NCBI GenBank assembly: GCA_963843575.1
Contig: CAWJKZ010000024.1
Coordinates: 32,001-96,000, forward strand
Length of the DNA: 64,000 nucleotides
From: an uncultured Acidobacteriota bacterium
GTDB lineage: Bacteria > Acidobacteriota > UBA6911
Direction: 5' to 3'
The translations under genes and the position numbers were made by a program. The notes below the pieces were generated by a model. It saw only the letters and a program-made list of their open reading frames with translations, searched no databases and was not told the DNA's origin. Shown here one piece after another: positions 56,998 through 64,000 of this stretch (position 1 is its first letter; each line of letters begins with the position of its first letter).

Positions 56998-57858
56998 ATG
57001 GCAAACGTCCGAGACATACGGCGGCGCATCAGGAGCGCCCGCAACATCCAGCAGATCACGCGCGCGATGAAGTTCGTCTCCGCGGCGCGCCTGCGCAAGG
57101 CTCAGGACCGAGTCGTCGCCGCGCGCCCGTACGCGCGGCAGATGGTCGCCGTCCTGAACAGCCTGGCGACGCGCGTTCCCGAGCGGAGCCACCCCCTGCT
57201 CGCGCTGCGGGCGGACGAAAAGATCGAGCTGCTGGTCATCACGGCCGACAAGGGGCTGTGCGGCGCCTACAACACCAACATCCTGCGCCAAGCCGTCGAG
57301 TTCCTGACCACCCACTCGGACCGGCGGGTCGAGCTCAACGTGATCGGCCGGCGCGGCCGCGACTTCTTCCGGCGGCGCCCCTACACCGTCCGCCACGAGG
57401 CGGTGAACGTCCTGCAGAAGCCGACGTACGCCGACGCGGCGGCGATCGCCGCGGACATCATCGGCGAGTTCTCCAGCGGGGCGCAGGACCAGGTCTGGCT
57501 GGTGTACAACGAGTTCAAGTCGGTGGTGCATCAACGGGTCGTCGTCGAACCCCTCCTCCCCATCCAGCGGCTGGAACACACCGACGACACCGCGCGGCTC
57601 GAGTACCTCTACGATGAGCCCCCTGCCCGGATTTTCGACGACCTGCTGCCGAGGCACGTGGAGGCGCAGATCTACCGCGCGATGCTGGAAGCGGCCGCAT
57701 CGGAACAGGGCGCGCGCATGACGGCCATGGATGCCGCGACGAAGAACGCCACGGAAATGATCGACAACCTGACGCTCTACGCCAACAAGGTGCGCCAGGC
57801 GGGAATCACCAAGGAATTGATAGAGGTGGTCAGCGGAGCCGCCTCGACGGGGACATAG
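56998..57858 (+). CDS. atpG: ATP synthase gamma subunit
   Basis: IRRRIRS, QITRAMK, DKGLCG, RQAGITKELIEVVSG. Confidence 0.97.
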   Translation: MANVRDIRRRIRSARNIQQITRAMKFVSAARLRKAQDRVVAARPYARQMVAVLNSLATRVPERSHPLLALRADEKIELLVITADKGLCGAYNTNILRQAVEFLTTHSDRRVELNVIGRRGRDFFRRRPYTVRHEAVNVLQKPTYADAAAIAADIIGEFSSGAQDQVWLVYNEFKSVVHQRVVVEPLLPIQRLEHTDDTARLEYLYDEPPARIFDDLLPRHVEAQIYRAMLEAAASEQGARMTAMDAATKNATEMIDNLTLYANKVRQAGITKELIEVVSGAASTGT

Positions 57859-57888
57859 GCTCCGAAGTCGTCCTCTCCGTCTGCCTGA

Positions 57889-59313
<1,425 letters not shown>

Positions 59314-59340
59314 GCCGAGCTGCAGCGAGAGTAGACCGAT

Positions 59341-59769
59341 ATGGCGTTGCCGGAGAAAATCCACCTCGAGATTGTCACGCCCGAGCGGCAGCTGTTCAGC
59401 GGGGCCGTCGATCAGGTCACCGTCCCCTCCAGCCAGGGTTACCTCGGCATCCTTCCGGGGCATGCCCCTCTGCTGGCGGAACTCGGGATCGGCGAAATCA
59501 GCTACAAGATCGGGGAACGCACTGAGCATCTTTTCTGCTCGTGGGGTTTTCTGGAGGTCCTGCCCGACCGCGTCGTGGTGCTGGCGAAAACCGCGGAGGC
59601 AGCGTCGGACATCGACGTGAACCGCGCGGAGCAGGCCAAGACGCGGGCTGAGAAGCGGCTTTCTTCGAAGGACCCGAACCTCGATTTCGCTCGCGTCCAA
59701 CTGGCCCTGCTGCGCGCGATCTCCCGGATCAACGCGGCGCAACGCTATCAGACGAGAATGCGCGTCTGA
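59341..59769 (+). CDS. atpC: ATP synthase epsilon subunit
   Basis: LEIVTPE, GILPGHAPL, GFLEV. Confidence 0.96.
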   Translation: MALPEKIHLEIVTPERQLFSGAVDQVTVPSSQGYLGILPGHAPLLAELGIGEISYKIGERTEHLFCSWGFLEVLPDRVVVLAKTAEAASDIDVNRAEQAKTRAEKRLSSKDPNLDFARVQLALLRAISRINAAQRYQTRMRV

Positions 59770-59790
59770 AGTCCGGAACAACCCGGCTGC

Positions 59791-59826
59791 AAAAAAGAAA
59801 GGGGGCCGGATCCCGGCCCCCTTTTT
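59791..59826. terminator. Bidirectional intrinsic terminator between atpC and the TPR gene
   Basis: A-tract, GGGGGCCGG-atc-CCGGCCCCC, T-tract. Confidence 0.85.
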
Positions 59827-59847
59827 CGTTCCCCGCTTCGAACCCGT

Positions 59848-60903
59848 TCAGTTCGCCGCGCTGCGCTCCACGCCCAACTCGGCTTCCGAGCGGCGATAGA
59901 CCTTCTCGATCCCGATTGTGGTGTTGTTGTGCAGGCCCTTGTACAACTTCTCCATGTGCTCCTTGGCCTGCGACTGGGTCTCACCCTTGAGGATGCTCGC
60001 CTTGCAGAACGACTCGATCGCTTCCTCGACCTTGTTCAGCTTCCACTGGGACAGCCCGGTGTAGTAGTAGGCAGGACCGAAGCGCTTGTCGACCGCGAGG
60101 GCTGCCTCGAGCGCAGTGATGGCTTGAGGATACCTGTCCTTGTCGTATGCGTTCACACCGATGATGTAGTGGGCCGACCGCCTGGTGTCCTTCACGTACT
60201 TCTGCCATTCGGCCTCTGAAGTGGCGTCGGGTTTCTTGGCCTGCTCGAGGGCTTTGAGCGCCAGCTGGGCATATTCGGCGGCCTTGGCGAAATTCTTCTC
60301 CTTCATGTATTTGTCGACGAAGATCATGCGGATCGAAAAGTCATCGGGGAAATAGGGGAAGGATTTCTCCGTCCATTCCATGTACTTCGGTTCGTTGCCT
60401 AGCTTCTTGTAGCTCTGGGCGAGGAAGTAAGCGTATTCCTTGGTGGGCTTTGCGGCGAATACCTTCAGGCCGTAATCCACGAACTTCTGATGCTGATCCG
60501 TGTTGTAGGCGGAGGCTGCCACATAATCGATGGCCTGCAGGTCGTCGGGGTGCGTCTTGAGCCACATTTCGGCAAGGGGTCCCAGCTTCGCCCAGTTCTG
60601 CGTCTTGTTGAACTCGTACATCAGGCTCTGATAGCCGCGGTCGATGTAGGGCATCAGCTTCGAATTCGGGTATTTTTCCGCGAAGGCCGCGAGCGCCTGA
60701 ACCTTCTTGTCGAGGTCGGTCTCCTTGTCCGCTTTGTCGTAGAGATCGTATTCCTCTTCCGTGTACTCTTGCACCTCTTCGGCCGGCGCGTTTTGTGCCG
60801 CGGGCTTCTGCTTCGGCTGGGCTGGAGCCTGGCCATAGCCAGGGGCACACAGGAATGCACCCGCCAGAAGTGCCACGAATAGTTTCAGACAATTACTGCG
60901 CAT
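59848..60903 (-). CDS. Secreted tetratricopeptide-repeat protein
   Basis: Signal peptide, helical repeats (YPQAITALEAAL, AYYYTGLSQW, EEAIESF). Confidence 0.75.
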   Translation of the reverse strand: MRSNCLKLFVALLAGAFLCAPGYGQAPAQPKQKPAAQNAPAEEVQEYTEEEYDLYDKADKETDLDKKVQALAAFAEKYPNSKLMPYIDRGYQSLMYEFNKTQNWAKLGPLAEMWLKTHPDDLQAIDYVAASAYNTDQHQKFVDYGLKVFAAKPTKEYAYFLAQSYKKLGNEPKYMEWTEKSFPYFPDDFSIRMIFVDKYMKEKNFAKAAEYAQLALKALEQAKKPDATSEAEWQKYVKDTRRSAHYIIGVNAYDKDRYPQAITALEAALAVDKRFGPAYYYTGLSQWKLNKVEEAIESFCKASILKGETQSQAKEHMEKLYKGLHNNTTIGIEKVYRRSEAELGVERSAAN

Positions 60904-60939
60904 GGCTGATTACCCCCTTCGTACTCTGCAATCCGGCGC

Positions 60940-60968
60940 ATTGTAAAAGATTGACAAAGCTCAAACAA
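60940..60968 (-). promoter_or_regulatory. Putative promoter of the TPR gene
   Basis: TTGTTT-17 nt-TACAAT on the minus strand. Confidence 0.5.
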
Positions 60969-61178
60969 CATAAATTCTCGTGCCGCTCCTGATACGGCTC
61001 CGCACCGCTTCCAAGGTCTGCATCCGGGGAGGCGCGGGCTTTGTGTCCGGGATCGGGCTCGTTCGTTTGTGTAGATGCGCACACGGCCCAGGAAGTTGCA
61101 GCCTCCCGAATGGTTTGACGCCGTCTCCGCGAGGAAAGTTCCACGCGTCCGAGCACACGCAGAGGCGGACGTTTGACC

Positions 61179-61207
61179 TTGAAATCGACGGGGCGATTCT
61201 CTAACAT
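61179..61207 (+). promoter_or_regulatory. Putative tRNA-Gln promoter
   Basis: TTGAAA-17 nt-TAACAT. Confidence 0.6.
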
Positions 61208-61225
61208 ATGGACCGCTCAGAGCGC

Positions 61226-61299
61226 TGGGAGATCGTCTAACGGTAGGACGGGTGGCTCTGGACCACTTAATCGGGGTTCGAATCCCTGTCTCCCAGCCA
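61226..61299 (+). tRNA. tRNA-Gln (CTG)
   Basis: TGGGAGATCGTCTAACGGTAGGACGGGTGGCTCTGGACCACTTAATCGGGGTTCGAATCCCTGTCTCCCAGCCA; cloverleaf, CTG anticodon, CCA. Confidence 0.95.
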
Positions 61300-61618
61300 C
61301 AATCGTCTCTTCCTCTTGCCTTGCAGCCACTTACAAAAACGAAACAGTTATTGGTGTCGTGTCGGCCCTCACGAAGGACCAGAATCAATGCCCGGCGTAC
61401 CTGCGTCCAGCGTGTCTGCATCGCCGGAAGACTACTTTCGTACCAGAGGACGGTTTTCCAGCTACCCCGCTATCTGACAAACCCGGTGGGATCATCCGAT
61501 GCCTATTCTAAGGCCAAGTCCCCGACAAGCCTACTTTCCAGGTCGGACCGACGCAGCGGGACTGGCCTTCGGCTCTTGCCGCAGTGCAAAGTGGTGGGAT
61601 AGAATTGTGCCAATTCCG

Positions 61619-61666
61619 ATGCCTATTTCCCCGGGCACGCTCCTCGGTCCTTACGAAATTGTCGCC
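61619..61666 (+). pseudogene. N-terminal stub of a Hanks-type Ser/Thr protein kinase
   Basis: MPISPGTLLGPYEIVA then similarity is lost where LGxGGMGEVY is expected; TAGAAT -10 element just upstream. Confidence 0.6.
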
Positions 61667-61890
61667 CGCGGCGCCCATCCTTTATGGTCGGGCCGTGGGC
61701 GGCTCGAACGCTGCCACACGGGTTCAACTGCAGGAGCCGCGGCGGGCTGGAAATCGGATATACTAACCGGTTTAATTCTAGGTGTGACTGAAACGTTCAA
61801 CCGGCGGCCGTATCCTGAGTGAGTTTCATTCTGACCTGTCCCGCCAACATTGCCGCCGGGCGAGACGGGGAAGGCATCCAAGGAGATATC

Positions 61891-63178
61891 ATGCAACCCA
61901 AGATTTCATCCATTCGTGCACTGGAGATACTCGATTCCCGCGGCAACCCGACCGTTCGGGTGTTTGTCAGCCTGGACAACGGCGTCTGCGCGAGTGCCTC
62001 GGTGCCCTCCGGCGCCTCGACCGGCGAGAACGAGGCTTGTGAGCTGCGCGACGGCGACAAGAAGCGTTACGGCGGCAAGGGGACGCTGAAGGCGGTGGAA
62101 AACGTCAATCGGCTGATCGCCCCCCGGCTGGCCGGGCTCGACCCGAGGCGCCAGGTGGAGATCGACCGTACGATGATCGAACTCGACGGGACACCCACCA
62201 AGACCAAGCTGGGTGCGAACGCCATTCTCGGCGTATCGATGGCGGTCGCCAGGGCCGCCTCCCTCGCCTGCAACGTCCCGCTCTACGCAGTATCTGGGCG
62301 GGCCGGGTGCGGTCCGGATCCCCGTTCCGATGATGAACATCATCAACGGCGGCAAGCACGCGGACAACAGCGTGGACTTCCAGGAGTTCATGGTGATGCC
62401 CATCGGCGCTCCGACCTTCGCCGAGGCCTTGCGATATGCGGCCGAGGTGTTCCACACGCTGCGCGGTATCCTGAAACGCAAGGGATACGCGACCGCCGTC
62501 GGCGACGAGGGAGGCTTTGCCCCCAACCTCAAGAGCAATGACGAGGCGTGCGAGGTCATCGTGGAGGCCATCCGGGCGGCAGGATACGTGCCGGGCAAGG
62601 AGGTCGCCATTGCACTCGACCCCGCCGCGAGCTCGTTCTTCGAGGACGGCGCCTACAACTTGTCCAAGTCGGGGCAGGGCAAGAAAAACAGCGCCGAGAT
62701 GACCGAATTCTACAAGGGCTGGATCGCCAAGTACCCGATCGTTTCCATCGAAGACGGCCTCGCGGAAAACGATTGGACCGGTTTCAAGGCCCACACGGCC
62801 GCCCTGGGGAACGCGATCCAGATCGTGGGCGACGACCTCTATGTGACCAACACAAAGTTCATCGCGCGCGGCATCGCCGAGAATTCCACCAACGCGGTCC
62901 TGATCAAGCTGAACCAGATCGGGTCGGTGACCGAGACCATCGAATCGATCCAGATGTGCCGCCGGGCGGGTTGGGGATTCGTCATCTCGCACCGCTCCGG
63001 GGAAACCGAGGACGCCTTTATGGCGGATTTCGCGGTTGCGATGGGCGGCGGCCAGATCAAGAGCGGTTCCGCCTGCCGCAGCGAGCGCATCGCAAAGTAC
63101 AACCGGTTGCTGGAAATCGAGTCCGAACTCGGTGTCGCGGCCGTCTTCAGCAATCCCGTGAAAGCGTCGGTCCGGTAG
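61891..63178 (+). CDS. eno: Enolase, frameshift near 62288
   Basis: AAGGAG RBS; [61 protein letters not shown]. Confidence 0.96.
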
Positions 63179-63182
63179 AACC

Positions 63183-63250
63183 TTCGAGATTCTTCGAGTC
63201 CTCGAGGTGGATCTGGAAATTTTTTCCTCGAAGACTCGAAGAGCCTCGAA
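63183..63250. repeat. Long imperfect inverted repeat (25-bp arms), possible terminator or REP-like element
   Basis: TTCGAGATTCTTCGAGTCCTCGAGG ...18 nt... CCTCGAAGACTCGAAGAGCCTCGAA, 22/25 complementary. Confidence 0.8.
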
Positions 63251-63272
63251 AAATCCCGACGAGGTGAGAGGG

Positions 63273-63734
63273 CTACAGGTGATGGCTCACCGTGAGCGCG
63301 GCCGGGAGGGCGAGCTCCGACGAGCGCGCACCGGCGGTGCTGCGGCCCACCTCGGCGCGCACCCTACTCGCATACTGGGTCAGCGGCTCGAGACGTGGCC
63401 GTCGCCCTGCCCAGACCCGGTTGGGGAATCGGACATCGAACTGCAGGGGCAGGAAGAGGCGCGGTGAACCCGCTCGTGCGAAGATGGCAACTCCCTGGGT
63501 GGCCGGGTCGAGCCCGGTCGCCAGGAATACCTCCGTATAGCCGAGGGCTTCCCAAACCGCCAGCTTTGCGCGCGCGTCCAGTGGCGCCATCAGCAATCGT
63601 ACCTGCGCATTGAGATCGCTCCGGTAGCCCCGGTCGCCCTCGGCCACCATGAGATAGCAGCTCACAACCGGCGCGTCGCCCGGTGTCAGCGCCCTCAGGA
63701 CCGCCACGTGCCGTCCCAACTCCCGCAGATCCAC
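63273..63734 (-). CDS. Hypothetical protein resembling the N-terminal part of bacterial eRF1-like (baeRF) proteins
   Basis: GGAGG RBS and GTG; APVVSCYL, GVAIFARAG, FLPLQFDVRFPN, PRLEPL pattern recalled from baeRF N-domains; not verified by search. Confidence 0.45.
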   Translation of the reverse strand: MDLRELGRHVAVLRALTPGDAPVVSCYLMVAEGDRGYRSDLNAQVRLLMAPLDARAKLAVWEALGYTEVFLATGLDPATQGVAIFARAGSPRLFLPLQFDVRFPNRVWAGRRPRLEPLTQYASRVRAEVGRSTAGARSSELALPAALTVSHHL

Positions 63735-63780
63735 CGCGCCCTCCCCGGCTGCCGGCCCGCCGCCCGCAACAGAAAAGCGG

Positions 63781-64000
63781 TCATTTCCCCGCCGCAGGAC
63801 TCTCCTGCGCGGTTGCCGTGCCCGACCCGCCGTCACCATCGGCCTCGGGTTGGTACAGGATGTCCTCGACACACAACCTCCGGGTACCTCCCGGAACCGG
63901 CCACTCGATGATGTCGCCTTTGCGGTAGCCCAGCAGGGCGACCCCCAGAGGGGCCAGGATCGAAATCCTGTTGCGTGAGATATCGGCTTCTTTCGGGAAA
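63781..64000 (-). CDS. rnk: Rnk/GreA-GreB C-terminal domain protein, 5' end outside window
   Basis: Manual translation FPKEADISRNRISILAPLGVALLGYRKGDIIEWPVPGGTRRLCVEDILYQPEA, stop at 63781. Confidence 0.85.
   Translation of the reverse strand, partial: FPKEADISRNRISILAPLGVALLGYRKGDIIEWPVPGGTRRLCVEDILYQPEADGDGGSGTATAQESPAAGK

Overview
High-GC bacterial chromosomal segment made almost entirely of core housekeeping genes. Acidobacteriota is inferred from the gene order (murC-ftsQ-ftsA-ftsZ without murB/ddl, split atp operon with b' and b, Omp85-SurA-TamB trio) and from an acidobacterial-style Ser/Thr kinase stub. In order: LigD polymerase domain, NagB-like enzyme, PLP trans-sulfuration enzyme, Tat-signal Gfo/Idh/MocA, tRNA-Pro, rdgB, rph, rhomboid, glpK, patatin-POTRA-beta-barrel protein, dcw cluster (mraZ to ftsZ, minus strand), ychF, ZIP transporter, Omp85/SurA-like/TamB, OmpR-family two-component pair, rplU-rpmA-obgE-nadD-rsfS-rlmH, DksA-like, ComF, orphan anti-sigma module, queA, YihY, C26 glutamine amidotransferase, folE, MscS, sppA, GT-C glycosyltransferase, atpF'FHAGDC, TPR protein, tRNA-Gln, eno, an eRF1-like fragment and a partial rnk. 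Many genes, including essential ones, are broken by single-base indels, most simply explained as uncorrected long-read assembly error. I found no CRISPR array, transposase, integrase or phage gene, and I cannot claim a clear new system. The best leads are a G-to-K substitution in the FtsZ tubulin signature, a palindrome-rich AT-rich spacer at about 8.5-8.7 kb, a type Vd-like phospholipase facing glpK/rhomboid, a folE-overlapping amidotransferase near queA, and a probable insertion scar after tRNA-Gln.
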